Origin: Deltaproteobacteria bacterium | GTDB lineage: Bacteria > Desulfobacterota > Desulfobaccia > Desulfobaccales > 0-14-0-80-60-11 | Direction: 5' to 3' | Assembly (NCBI GenBank): GCA_021813445.1 | Contig: JAKAKP010000133.1 | Location: forward strand, 12,937-76,936 | DNA: 64,000 nt | In this document: piece by piece, positions 19,960-29,927 of the stretch | How positions within the stretch are numbered: position 1 is the first letter of the stretch | How the letters are laid out: the number at the start of each line of letters is the position of its first letter | Position numbers and translations under genes: made by a program | The notes under the pieces: model-generated | What the model was told of the DNA's origin: nothing | Seen by the model: only the letters and a program-made list of their open reading frames with translations | Database searches by the model: none

Positions 19960-20808
19960 ATGGACTTCAACAGGATCAAAATATTTAATATCCGCTACGA
20001 AGGTTATGCTGATGGCTCGATCAAGTTCTTCAGCGATCTGATCAAAGAGCTTACCGGCTATTCCAAGGAAGAATTTGGGGAAGGAGCAGTCACCTGGACG
20101 GGCATCATGCATCCGGAGGACATACCGGGCGCCAAGCAGGCCATTAAGGCGGCCTTAAAAGGTGATAGAACTTACGAGAGAGAGTACCGGATCATTACCA
20201 AAAGCGGTGAAGTTAAATGGATTTTGGAGTTGAGCCAGATAATTTGCGACGAGGTAGGGAAAATAAAATCCATTTCCGGGATTCTTTTGGACACTACTTA
20301 TCAGAAAAGCATGGAACTGGAAGAGGCCAGATGCCAGAGACTGGAAGGAAAATATCTTAATTTCATGCTGGCCCATGAAGAATTCGGCCTGCGGGTAGAT
20401 AAGATCCGGGAAATTATTCAACTCATGGACATCACCGCGGTGCCCAACGCCCCTGAATTCGTCAAGGGAGTAATCAACCTGCGGGGCAAGGTCATCCCGG
20501 TGGTGGATCTGGGACTGAAGCTGGGCTTACCCGATGCCGAAAATGACCATCAGACCTGCATCATCATCACGGAAATGCCGGGGAATCGAGGCCTGGCCGG
20601 CATTATCGCCGATGCGGTCTCCGATATTTCCTACATCAACGGCACGGACATCGACGATGCCGTCCAGGGCCACTTGCGCGCGGAATATATTTTCGGCATG
20701 GCCAAGACCAGCCGGGGGGTGAGAATCCTCCTGGACATCGACAAAACCCTGGACCCCGCGGAACTGAGCTTCGGGGATAAGGGTTCCGTGGCCTCCCTGT
20801 CGGAATAA
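19960..20808 (+). CDS. PAS-domain / CheW-domain fusion protein
   Basis: N-terminal PAS (YSKEEFGEGAVTWTGIMHPEDI...YEREYRIITKSGEVKWI). C-terminal CheW (FGLRVDKIREIIQLMDITAVPNAPEFVKGVINLRGKVIPVVDL). Confidence 0.8.
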   Translation: MDFNRIKIFNIRYEGYADGSIKFFSDLIKELTGYSKEEFGEGAVTWTGIMHPEDIPGAKQAIKAALKGDRTYEREYRIITKSGEVKWILELSQIICDEVGKIKSISGILLDTTYQKSMELEEARCQRLEGKYLNFMLAHEEFGLRVDKIREIIQLMDITAVPNAPEFVKGVINLRGKVIPVVDLGLKLGLPDAENDHQTCIIITEMPGNRGLAGIIADAVSDISYINGTDIDDAVQGHLRAEYIFGMAKTSRGVRILLDIDKTLDPAELSFGDKGSVASLSE

Positions 20809-21429
20809 GGGCTGTTAGACTCCCGCGGCTTTTGCTCCCCACCCCTGGGGTTTCCAACCTTCCTGGGTTTCCCGCCAAGGCGGCTGCGACTTGCCCTTGC
20901 AGCCGCTTGCTTCCCTTCCGGAGCAGAGAGAAATCAAGCCTGCCTCATTGCCGCTAAAGACAGCTGTGGCCGGAGCGGACCCGGCATTGGGCCAATCCGG
21001 AGCGCAGACGCGGGTTTGTCTTTAGAAGAAACTCTTTGATTACAACTTGGCATCAGAGACTGATTTTTTTCGGGCTATCTGAAATTCATTTTGGGAACAT
21101 GGCTGATTATGATAATCCAGAAATGACCCACCTGGGGAGTCTGTGTCAGTGAAAAAATGACCCACCCTGCCCCTGACTTCTGGAGGCGCGCGCCCCCCCC
21201 GACAGGCGCTGCAATCAGGGACTGTAAAAGTTTTGGGATTAGCTGGGTTAAAAGTGCAGGTTTGATAACCATATAGAATAGCAACTATTTTATTTCAAGT
21301 GGCGAATATAGAAGCAATATCTTAACCTGAACTCTGCTGTACAAGGAATAGATTGGGAAATTGCCAACACCCCAGTTTATCCTTTATAACCGTTAGAGAC
21401 AGGCAAGGTTAGCTCCAATGCTTATTGGC

Positions 21430-23436
21430 TCAGTGACCTACGGGTCTCTCCTGATATGACGGATATTTTACTTGGGGAGAACGCTCCAGGCTGACTTCTT
21501 CCTGCTCCGGTAGATGGGTGAGAAACTCCTGTTCTTCGCTGAGCCCCCTGTCTATCTGTCTCCAGGAGGCCAGTTTCTCCTGGAGCAACTGCCCGATCCC
21601 TTTGCCATTAAAGCCATAGGTGGCCCCCGCAGCGCCGCCCCTCACCAGGGACGATAACTCCACCATCATTTGTTCCATATGTCCTGACTGGGCTTTCAGT
21701 TCTTGGGAAGCGCCGGCGCTTTCCTCGGCGCTGGCGGCCACCTCCTGAATCACCCGGTTCATTTCGTTGGCGGCCCGGTTGATTTGATCCACCCCCTGGG
21801 CCTGCTCGTTCGAGGCTGCGGCAATTTCCGCCACCAGTTCCTTGACCTTGTTGGTGCTGGCGTCTACCTGCGAGAAGGCCTCTCCGGTCTTTTCCACCAG
21901 AGTGGAGCCCGCTTTGATCTTGGTCACTGTGGAATCAATTAAGTTGGCGGTATTCTTGGCGGCCTCGGCCGCGCGCATGGCCAAGTTTCTTACCTCGTCG
22001 GCCACCACCGCAAACCCGGCCCCGGCCTCTCCCGCCCGGGCCGCCTCCACTGCGGCGTTCAAAGCCAGCAAGTTGGTCTGAAAGGCAATTTCATCGATGG
22101 TCTTAATGATTTTCGCGGTCTCATTACTGGCACTGGAGATTTCCTTCATGGATGCGGTTAGGTCGCCCATGGATTTACCGGCCAGTTCCACCACCTCTTT
22201 TGTCTCGTTCATCAGCGAATTGGCTTGGAGAGCATTTTCAGCGTTCTGCCTAGTCATCGCGGCCATCTCTTCCAAAGAGGAGGAAGTCTCTTCCAGGGAC
22301 GCGGCCTGCTGGGAGGAACCGGAAGCCAATTGCTCGCTGGCGGACAGCACCTGTCCGGAAGAAGCAGCAACCTGTTCGGAAACTCCGGAAAGCTGTTTAA
22401 TGAAAGTATTGATGGGCTTGGTAATGCCTGTGGTAATCAACACGCTGATCAGAATGCTGACCAGGATCCCAATGATCGCGCCGAATATCAGCATCTTGGC
22501 GGAGTTGGTCAATACCTGGTTGACGTTGGCCGCGCTCTTCACCGTTTCGCCGATGCCAGCATTGGCCGCGACTTTGGCTGTTTCCAAGGCTTCATTCCCC
22601 GCCAGGGTCCGCTTCTGGCCCAGATCCGTCAGGGATTGGAAGCACGTTAAAAGCTTCCGCATATGGGTTTTATAATCAGCGCCGGCGATGCGGATGTCTT
22701 CTAAAAGGGAAATGGTTTCATCTTTGCTGGTCTTCTTTTGAATTGCGGACAACTCATTTTCTACTTCCTGAAACTTTTTAGCGGCTTCCGTAATAATTTT
22801 CGGGTCCCGAAGCAACTGGCCTTTCATAGTCTCCAGCTGGATGGCGTAGCCCAGTTCCACTACGTCATTCATGCTGGTGATCTTCTCCAGGCGTTCTGCC
22901 AGTTGCTCCGCGGTGGCCCCGGATTTGAATTGATTATTAAAAGCAGCGACTTGCCCTTCCAGGAAATCCTGGCAGTTTTTCAGGAAATCCTGGGCCGCAG
23001 CCTCCAGCTTCTTGCGAATCCCTTGGATCTCTTTAGCCACCTTTTCGGTCTCATTGATCAGAGATTCATATTCTTTGATTTTAGCCGCGGCCTTGGCGGC
23101 ATTCTCTTTAAGTGTTTGCAGTTGAGGATACTTGGCGGTCAGTTCTTGGGCTTCCTGAAGATATTTTTTGACCTGCCCCAATTGTTTTCTGGATAGTGCT
23201 AAGTGAGAGTCTTCATAGGTAAGAAGATATCCCTGCATTTCGGCAATGGCCTTCAGGACGTGTCGCTCCACATCACTGGCGATCCGGGTTTGCGGCATGT
23301 ACTCGTTGGATAAGACCTGGGCATCTTTGGTCAGGCCCCTCATAATGTACAGAGAAATACCAATCAATATCAGGGCCAGAATGAGCACAATGCTGAAACC
23401 GCCAAAGATTTTGGAGCTCAATTTCATGGATTTCAT
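21430..23436 (-). CDS. Methyl-accepting chemotaxis protein with a long helical periplasmic domain
   Basis: Two TM segments flank a ~280-aa helical region. Followed by HAMP and the MA domain ([21 protein letters not shown]...[30 protein letters not shown]). Confidence 0.9.
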   Translation of the reverse strand: MKSMKLSSKIFGGFSIVLILALILIGISLYIMRGLTKDAQVLSNEYMPQTRIASDVERHVLKAIAEMQGYLLTYEDSHLALSRKQLGQVKKYLQEAQELTAKYPQLQTLKENAAKAAAKIKEYESLINETEKVAKEIQGIRKKLEAAAQDFLKNCQDFLEGQVAAFNNQFKSGATAEQLAERLEKITSMNDVVELGYAIQLETMKGQLLRDPKIITEAAKKFQEVENELSAIQKKTSKDETISLLEDIRIAGADYKTHMRKLLTCFQSLTDLGQKRTLAGNEALETAKVAANAGIGETVKSAANVNQVLTNSAKMLIFGAIIGILVSILISVLITTGITKPINTFIKQLSGVSEQVAASSGQVLSASEQLASGSSQQAASLEETSSSLEEMAAMTRQNAENALQANSLMNETKEVVELAGKSMGDLTASMKEISSASNETAKIIKTIDEIAFQTNLLALNAAVEAARAGEAGAGFAVVADEVRNLAMRAAEAAKNTANLIDSTVTKIKAGSTLVEKTGEAFSQVDASTNKVKELVAEIAAASNEQAQGVDQINRAANEMNRVIQEVAASAEESAGASQELKAQSGHMEQMMVELSSLVRGGAAGATYGFNGKGIGQLLQEKLASWRQIDRGLSEEQEFLTHLPEQEEVSLERSPQVKYPSYQERPVGH

Positions 23437-23497
23437 GGACTTTAATCCTCATTATCAGGGCGGCCTTTTTCCAGGCCGCCCCGACACGGGTTAATGG

Positions 23498-23962
23498 TTA
23501 TTTTTTATAAACCCCGCAGCCGACGATGAGGTCACCAACCCGCTCGATGTACATCTCTTTGGGTTCGATCTTCTTGGAGACCGGGTTCATGAATTTGTAG
23601 TCCTGCCAGGCTGTCTTGTTGGCCTTCATCAGGGCGATCCGTTCTTTCATGTACTCCTTGCCGTCCACGTCCTTGAAGTCGATCATGTCCTTGCCCACCA
23701 TGCTCTTTTTCTGACCTTGGGCCAGGCACTTGCCATTCATGTCGAAAACGACCACGTAAAGGTCCCGGTCATGAAACAATTTGTCTTTCGGGTCGCTAAA
23801 TACGGCAAAGGCCTTGTCATTGCCGTTGGTCTTCATGTATTCGATGGCCTTTTTCACCATGGCCACGGCTTCATCCTTGGTTCCCGCCTCAGCCGCATAA
23901 CTGGTGCAGTAACCCAGGACCAAAAACAGACCGATACACGCCAGTATCGTTGCCTTCTTCAT
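23498..23962 (-). CDS. Secreted stand-alone single-Cache (sCache_2-like) domain protein
   Basis: Signal peptide. Pattern DLYVVVFDMNGKCLAQG...GKDMIDFKDVDGKEYMKE...WQDYKFMNPVSKKIEPKEMYIERV...IVGCGVYK is typical of Cache sensor domains. No TM or output domain. Confidence 0.65.
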   Translation of the reverse strand: MKKATILACIGLFLVLGYCTSYAAEAGTKDEAVAMVKKAIEYMKTNGNDKAFAVFSDPKDKLFHDRDLYVVVFDMNGKCLAQGQKKSMVGKDMIDFKDVDGKEYMKERIALMKANKTAWQDYKFMNPVSKKIEPKEMYIERVGDLIVGCGVYKK

Positions 23963-24477
23963 TTTGCATTGCTCCCATAAATGGTTGAGATTTTTCCCGG
24001 AAATGCCTAATAACTTTATGGTTAGGATCTTACATGGCGTATCACCCCACTTTTTCGCGTATCATCCTGCTTTTCCGTTCCAGGAAATCGACGGCGGCGC
24101 AGGTTTTACCAACAGATCGATTGGAAAAATACTTGCTTTAATTATTTTTGCATCCCGAGGCTCATTGTCCGGGGAGATAAAAGAAAGACCTCTTTAACTA
24201 TGTGTATTTTAATATGATTTGTTTCTGGAAGCTGGCACGCGCAATCCATCCACAAAAATCAATATCCCAGAGAGAGCTTTCTTGGGTTTGTGCCTGTGAG
24301 TGTCTGCAACCGCCGACACCCATTTCAAGAAAAGTGCCAATCGGGGTTGGCTACAAGATTGGACTCAGGACCAACCAGGAATCAATTGCCAGGAAAAGCG
24401 CCGGATTACCTAGTCAAATGGCCTTAATTACCTGTGGGGTGGCAAATTTGATAAAATTGATTTAAAATTGATTATTG

Positions 24478-24493
24478 TGGCAAGAAAATTGCT
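24478..24493 (+). promoter_or_regulatory. Sigma-54 -24/-12 promoter element
   Basis: TGGCAAGAAAATTGCT matches TGGCAC-N5-TTGCW with correct GG/GC spacing. It ends 12 nt before the ATG at 24505. Confidence 0.55.
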
Positions 24494-24504
24494 TTGGATT
24501 ATAA

Positions 24505-25980
24505 ATGAAGAAAACTTCTCCAAAAAAAGTTAATGGCCTAGGCTACCGGGATAGTAGTTTTTCCTCAGATCATCATCAGACACAAAAGAATGGTGCGCAC
24601 AACATGGAAGAAATGTTGCAATCCATAAATTTTCTAAGGTTTGTTCTCGACAATGTCTATTCCGGCATCATCGTCTGCAATGAACATAGTCAAATAATTT
24701 TCATGAACAAGGTTTATGCGGAGCTGCTCAAGACAGACCCCCAGGAAGCGGTCGGTAAGAATATTAAAGAATATTTCCCCGGTTCCAGGCTTTCCCATGT
24801 CATCGCCACAGGGATTCCGGAACTGGGCCAGCGCTGTTCTCTGAAAACCGAGGCGGTGTTGCTGGTTAATCGTATTCCTCTTAAATATGACGGCAAAATC
24901 GTGGGAGTAATTTTACAGACGGTACTGCGTGATTATAAGGATTTTACCGATCTCGTGCGCAAACTCAATATGTTGGAAAAGAAAGTTAAACATCACGAGA
25001 TGGCCCTGGAAACGATATTTTCTCCTAAGTATAACTTTGATTCCATTATTGGAGAAAGCCAGCAGATTAAAGAAATAAAACTACTGGCCCAGAAATACGC
25101 CCGGGCAGATTCGCCCATCTTGATTCTTGGCCCCACTGGGACCGGCAAGGAATTATTCGCACATGCCATACATGCTGCCAGCAACCGTAACTTGGGACCG
25201 TTTGTTTGCCTCAACTGCGCCACGGTCCCCAAAGATTTGCTGGAATCGGAACTATTCGGTTATGAAGAAGGTGCCTTCACCGGCGCCAAAAAGGGGGGCA
25301 AGCCCGGTCTCATCGAGCTGGCCCACGGCGGCACGCTGTACCTTGACGAAATCGGAGAACTGCCCCTGGCTGCACAGGCCAAACTCCTAAGAATCATTGA
25401 AGATAAGGTGCTCACCAAGGTCGGCGGCATAAGATCCTCGGAGATCGATTTCCGTCTGATTGCGGCCACGAACCGTGATCTTCAAGAAATGATTCAACGG
25501 GGAGAGTTCCGGCGAGACTTATTTTACCGGCTGAACACCATGATTTTGAATATTCCTCCCCTGGGCAAGAGACCGGAAGATATTCCACTCTTGATTAATC
25601 ACTTCTTGAAAGCCGCAGGCAGACCAGAATGTCGCTTGCATAAAGAGACACAGGAGGCTTTGGGCCATTATCATTGGCCGGGGAATGTCCGAGAGCTGAA
25701 AAATATTATCGAGAGAGCCCTGAGCCTGTGTGAAAAAGATGAATTAAATTTGGAGCACCTGCCGGTGGAAATATTTAAACCGAACTTAACCATAAATATG
25801 TCCGGTAATTCGGACACTTCCCTATCTCAAAAAATGAGTAACTTTGAGAAAACCTTACTTTTGAATGCCTTTCAAGCCGCTCAGGGCAATATGTCTAAGA
25901 CCGCTAAATTACTAGGTATTTCAAGGTCCGTCTTATATGAAAAGTTTCAAAAATATAGCTTAGCTCCTTCCAAGAAATGA
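24505..25980 (+). CDS. Sigma-54-dependent transcriptional activator (PAS + AAA+ + Fis-type HTH)
   Basis: Walker A GPTGTGKE, GAFTGA motif (EEGAFTGAKKGG), and C-terminal HTH (NMSKTAKLLGISRSVLYEK). The true start may be an internal Met (24604). Confidence 0.9.
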   Translation: MKKTSPKKVNGLGYRDSSFSSDHHQTQKNGAHNMEEMLQSINFLRFVLDNVYSGIIVCNEHSQIIFMNKVYAELLKTDPQEAVGKNIKEYFPGSRLSHVIATGIPELGQRCSLKTEAVLLVNRIPLKYDGKIVGVILQTVLRDYKDFTDLVRKLNMLEKKVKHHEMALETIFSPKYNFDSIIGESQQIKEIKLLAQKYARADSPILILGPTGTGKELFAHAIHAASNRNLGPFVCLNCATVPKDLLESELFGYEEGAFTGAKKGGKPGLIELAHGGTLYLDEIGELPLAAQAKLLRIIEDKVLTKVGGIRSSEIDFRLIAATNRDLQEMIQRGEFRRDLFYRLNTMILNIPPLGKRPEDIPLLINHFLKAAGRPECRLHKETQEALGHYHWPGNVRELKNIIERALSLCEKDELNLEHLPVEIFKPNLTINMSGNSDTSLSQKMSNFEKTLLLNAFQAAQGNMSKTAKLLGISRSVLYEKFQKYSLAPSKK

Positions 25981-25991
25981 TGTTTGTCTGG

Positions 25992-26020
25992 ATTTCCTGA
26001 CATGTCCTTATTTCCTGACA
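25992..26020 (+). promoter_or_regulatory. Direct repeat ATTTCCTGACA x2 (candidate activator binding sites, UAS)
   Basis: Two identical 11-mers 18 bp apart. The first overlaps the palindrome GACATGTC. They lie about 130 bp upstream of the candidate -24/-12 element. Confidence 0.35.
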
Positions 26021-26136
26021 GTTTTTCTGCCAATCCCAGTTTGCCCAACTTCTCCAGTCACTACAGAAATAATTAATAATCTATAAAATCCATAAGTTAT
26101 TCTATTTTCCCATCCGGCCAATAAGCTTAGCGCCTT

Positions 26137-26152
26137 TGGCATTCTTCTTGAA
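26137..26152 (+). promoter_or_regulatory. Weak candidate sigma-54 promoter for the oxidoreductase operon
   Basis: TGGCATtcttcTTGAA has correct spacing, but the -12 element reads GA instead of GC. About 75 nt upstream of the ATG at 26227. Confidence 0.3.
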
Positions 26153-26226
26153 TTTTGTCCCCCCAACCAGACTGCGCGCATCGGCAACAAATTGTGCACC
26201 TGTATTTTCTGAGGAGGAAATAATTC

Positions 26227-27882
26227 ATGAGCTTTAGGGTTAGCAGAAAGGATTTCATCACGCCTCGCTGTGCCGCTGCCTGTCCGGCCGGGGTGGACGT
26301 ACCGCGCTATATCCGGGCGGTTCGCGAAGGGCGATTTGAGGAGGCGGTAGCCGTACTGAGGGAACGGTTGCCTTTGCCCACAGTCTGTGCTGACGCCTGC
26401 TTCGCCCCCTGTGAAGACGCCTGCGCCTATAAGCAGTTTGGCGAGCCCATCGCCATCCGGGCCTTAAAGCGCGCGGCCGTGGATAAGGGCAGCGACGGCT
26501 GGCGATCCAAGCAGAAAAAAGCTGCAACTTCGGGCAAAAAGGTGGCCATTATCGGCGCCGGTCCTGCTGGTCTGACTGCGGGCTACTATTTGGCTGTGCT
26601 GGGTCATCAGGTGACCCTGATCGACGCCTTCCCCCAGCCTGGGGGGACGATGCGTTACGGCATACCCAAATATCGTCTGCCTGAAGCCAGACTTGATCAA
26701 GATATCAATGCCATTCTGGAGCTGGGGATAAAATTCCAAGGCAACACCTTGGTAGGTAAGGATGTAACCCTGGAGGAACTCAAAAAGGATTACGACGCGG
26801 TGTTCCTGGCCGCGGGAGCCAGTGCCGCCGCCAAAATCCCCCTGGAGGGAGCCGAGAAAAGCGGGGTCTATTGGGGGCTGGACTTTTTGCGGGATGTGTC
26901 TCAGGGAGTTAACGGCACCACCGGGAACCAGGTTGCCGTCATCGGGGGCGGCAACGTAGCCATTGATGTAGCGCTCACCGCCCGGAGATTGGGGGCCAAG
27001 AAAGTCGACCTCTTCTGCGTGGAGAAACGGGAGGAGATGTCGGCCCATCCCTTTGAAATCGCCCTGGCCGAAGAGGAAGGCATTGCCATCCATAATCAGT
27101 GGGCCCCGGCGAAAATTTTGGGCGCCGATAAGGTGGCCGGCCTGAAGGTAAAACGCTGTCTTGCGGCCTTTGACCAGACCGGGAAATTCAATCCCACCTA
27201 TGATGAAGAAACCACCGAGAAAATTGACGCCGGCACGGTCATTCTGGCCATTGGCCAAACCGGCGCCCTTGACTTTGCCGCCCAGGCCCAGGTGAAGCTG
27301 AACGGCAGCCGGGTGATAGCTTGTGAACGGAGCCTCTGCACCAACGTTCCGGGGATTTTTGCCGGCGGCGATGCAGTCACCGGCCCGGCTTCCATCATCA
27401 GCGCCATAGCCCAGGGGCGTAAGGCGGCGGAAGCCATCGACAAATTCCTCGGAGGTCAAGGCGACATCTCCGAAACCCTGGCCGCGCCGGAGGATTTTGT
27501 CGAACTCGAAGAATTCATCCCCCTGGTGCAGCCCCGCCATGATCTCCCGCACCTCAAGGAATGGGAAAGGGTCCTGGATTTCGGACATGTGGAACTTCCC
27601 ATGACCGACCGGAACATCAAGGCTGAAGCCTCCCGGTGTTTGAATTGCGACGCCCGCAAATTCGAAGTTGTTCTCGAAAAGGAGAACTGCAAAGAGTGCG
27701 GCTATTGTGCCGAAGTTTGTGGTATCGGCACCTTTGCCCCTGCCGCCGGTTTTAATCAAAAGGGCTACCGGCCGATGGAGGTGAAATCAGCCGATCATTG
27801 TGTGGCCTGCTTCAAATGTTACTTTGTCTGCCCTGATTTTGCCATCGATGTCAAAGAAGTAATGAAAGACATTGCCTCCTAA
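26227..27882 (+). CDS. GltD-like NAD(P)H-dependent FAD oxidoreductase fused to a 2x[4Fe-4S] ferredoxin (OFOR delta-like) domain
   Basis: N-terminal Cys clusters, dinucleotide folds VAIIGAGPAGLTAG and VAVIGGGNVAID, and C-terminal CKECGYCAEVC...CVACFKCYFVCP. Confidence 0.85.
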   Translation: MSFRVSRKDFITPRCAAACPAGVDVPRYIRAVREGRFEEAVAVLRERLPLPTVCADACFAPCEDACAYKQFGEPIAIRALKRAAVDKGSDGWRSKQKKAATSGKKVAIIGAGPAGLTAGYYLAVLGHQVTLIDAFPQPGGTMRYGIPKYRLPEARLDQDINAILELGIKFQGNTLVGKDVTLEELKKDYDAVFLAAGASAAAKIPLEGAEKSGVYWGLDFLRDVSQGVNGTTGNQVAVIGGGNVAIDVALTARRLGAKKVDLFCVEKREEMSAHPFEIALAEEEGIAIHNQWAPAKILGADKVAGLKVKRCLAAFDQTGKFNPTYDEETTEKIDAGTVILAIGQTGALDFAAQAQVKLNGSRVIACERSLCTNVPGIFAGGDAVTGPASIISAIAQGRKAAEAIDKFLGGQGDISETLAAPEDFVELEEFIPLVQPRHDLPHLKEWERVLDFGHVELPMTDRNIKAEASRCLNCDARKFEVVLEKENCKECGYCAEVCGIGTFAPAAGFNQKGYRPMEVKSADHCVACFKCYFVCPDFAIDVKEVMKDIAS

Positions 27883-27900
27883 AAACCGAGGAGAAATCAT

Positions 27901-29076
27901 ATGAAACGTTTTTTGGAAACGGGGAATTTTGCCATTGCTGAAGGAGCCATACTTGCGGGCTGCCGCTTCTTTGCCGGATATCCGATTACTCCGGCCACGG
28001 AATTGGCCGAATCCATGAGCCTGCGCCTCCCCCAGGTAGGTGGGGTTTATTTGCAGGCAGAAGACGAATGTGCCGCCATGCACCTGTGTATCGGCGCTTC
28101 GTTGGGAGGCATGAAGGCCATGACTGCGACCTCCGGCCCGGGCTTCATCCTGTATGCTGACCCTTATGGTTGGGCCCTGGGATGTGAAATGCCACTGGTG
28201 GTCTTGAATTCCGGCCGGGTAGGTCCGGTATCCGGGATTACCGGAGCCCCTGGCCAAGGGGAGTTTTACAACACCCGTTATCCCACCCAGGTAGGAAACT
28301 TCGAGAGCGTCGTCCTGGCGCCGAACTCGGCTCAAGAGGCCATGGGCATGGTGGTTGAGGCCTTTTACCTCTCCGAACGGTTGCGCATGCCGGTCACGGT
28401 CCTGGCAGACCAGTTAATCACCGATGGCTGGGAGGATATTTCGATACCCGAAACCGAGGCGGAAATGAAAGAAATGGGGTTACGGGTGTGGCCCCGCAAA
28501 TACAACCCCGGCCCCGATTTTTATCCGGCCACCGATGCTCTGGATATTCCGCCGGTGCAGATGGGCAAAAACACGGGGGGACTCTGTTCCGACTGGACGC
28601 CGACTGAGCAGGGCTATGATATCGAAGAGGTGGAAGATCACCATAAACACGCCTACCGGCTTATTTTTAAGGTCCGGAATAACCGGCAACTTTTTAATCA
28701 TCATTACGAGAAAAAGTACATGGACGACGATCCGGATCTGGTCGTCGTCTCCTACGGCACCCCCTCCCGGGTGGTGAACACCGCGGTGGGCCGGGCCCGC
28801 AGCCAGGGTATGAAAGTTGGGTCTTTGCGGCTGATCAATTTGTGGCCCTTCCCGGAAGAACACTTCACCAGAAAAACCAAGTACCTGGCAGTGGAGCTTA
28901 ATTGGGATGGCCAACTGGTGCGGGAGATTCAGCGGACGGTGCCGAAGGACTCCGAAGTCCATTTTCTGGGAATCTGCGGCGACCTGCCCACCAATCAAGA
29001 CCTTCTGGAAACCTTTGACAGGATCTTAAAAGACCAGCCTCTGCAGCGGAAGGGCTGGGAATGGGAGGCCTGGTGA
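27901..29076 (+). CDS. 2-oxoacid:ferredoxin oxidoreductase alpha subunit
   Basis: GNFAIAEGAILAGCRFFAGYPITPATE is typical of KorA/VorA-type alpha subunits. Confidence 0.85.
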   Translation: MKRFLETGNFAIAEGAILAGCRFFAGYPITPATELAESMSLRLPQVGGVYLQAEDECAAMHLCIGASLGGMKAMTATSGPGFILYADPYGWALGCEMPLVVLNSGRVGPVSGITGAPGQGEFYNTRYPTQVGNFESVVLAPNSAQEAMGMVVEAFYLSERLRMPVTVLADQLITDGWEDISIPETEAEMKEMGLRVWPRKYNPGPDFYPATDALDIPPVQMGKNTGGLCSDWTPTEQGYDIEEVEDHHKHAYRLIFKVRNNRQLFNHHYEKKYMDDDPDLVVVSYGTPSRVVNTAVGRARSQGMKVGSLRLINLWPFPEEHFTRKTKYLAVELNWDGQLVREIQRTVPKDSEVHFLGICGDLPTNQDLLETFDRILKDQPLQRKGWEWEAW

Positions 29077-29927
29077 TGGAGTTATATGCCAGCAAACTGA
29101 TCGAAGAATATCTGCGCACCCGGAAAATCCCCAGCACCGCCTGTTCCGGCTGCGGCTTGGGGATGAACCACAAGGTAGTGATCCAGGCCTTTAAGGAACT
29201 GGGACTGAAAACGGCGGATGTTATCTGGGGCACGTCCATCGGTTGCGCCGGCCGGCAAACTTTTGCCACCTTCAAAGGCGACGGTTTTGCGGGCACGCAC
29301 GGCCGGGCTTACGCCATTGCCCGGGGTCTGCGCATCGCCCTGCCGCCTGAAAAGAAGATCGTCCTGAGCGTTGGTGACGGGGACGCCTTTGGCATCGGCC
29401 TGATGCACCTGATCCATGCCGCCCGGGTCAATGCCGATATCACGGTGATTGTGCATGACAACCTGGGGTACCAGTCCACCGGCGGTCAATTCGGTTTCAC
29501 CACCCCCATGGGAGTAAAAACCGATTCCAGTCCTTACGGGATGTTCGAGCACAACCTGATGAGCGAAGGCATGGATGTGATGCATATCCTCAAGGGGGCT
29601 GGCGCCACCTTCCTGGCTCGCCACGTGGTCTTGGCGGACGGCCCCCGGGCGGTGGAAAGTGTTAAGAAGGCCATCCTTAACCGCGGCTTCTCTCTGGTGC
29701 ACATGCCCCATCCCTGTGTCACCAATTTTGCCATGAAGCATCTCGGATCCCGCGTGCCGGTGGAAATTTTCCGGTGGTTTAAAGAACGCACTGCCCCCCT
29801 GGGTCAAGAGAAACCGAACACCATTTGGGCCACGGGGATCTGGCACGACGCCAGCAATTCCCGGGCAGAATTTTCTGAAGTGGTTTGGGGGGCGACCGAA
29901 AAGATCAGGAGGACCGGCACACTATGA
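29076..29927 (+). CDS. 2-oxoacid:ferredoxin oxidoreductase beta subunit (TPP-binding)
   Basis: CSGCG...GCAGR cluster ligands and the TPP motif VGDGDAFGIG. Start chosen at the ATG overlapping the alpha-subunit stop (TGATG). Confidence 0.85.
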   Translation: MELYASKLIEEYLRTRKIPSTACSGCGLGMNHKVVIQAFKELGLKTADVIWGTSIGCAGRQTFATFKGDGFAGTHGRAYAIARGLRIALPPEKKIVLSVGDGDAFGIGLMHLIHAARVNADITVIVHDNLGYQSTGGQFGFTTPMGVKTDSSPYGMFEHNLMSEGMDVMHILKGAGATFLARHVVLADGPRAVESVKKAILNRGFSLVHMPHPCVTNFAMKHLGSRVPVEIFRWFKERTAPLGQEKPNTIWATGIWHDASNSRAEFSEVVWGATEKIRRTGTL

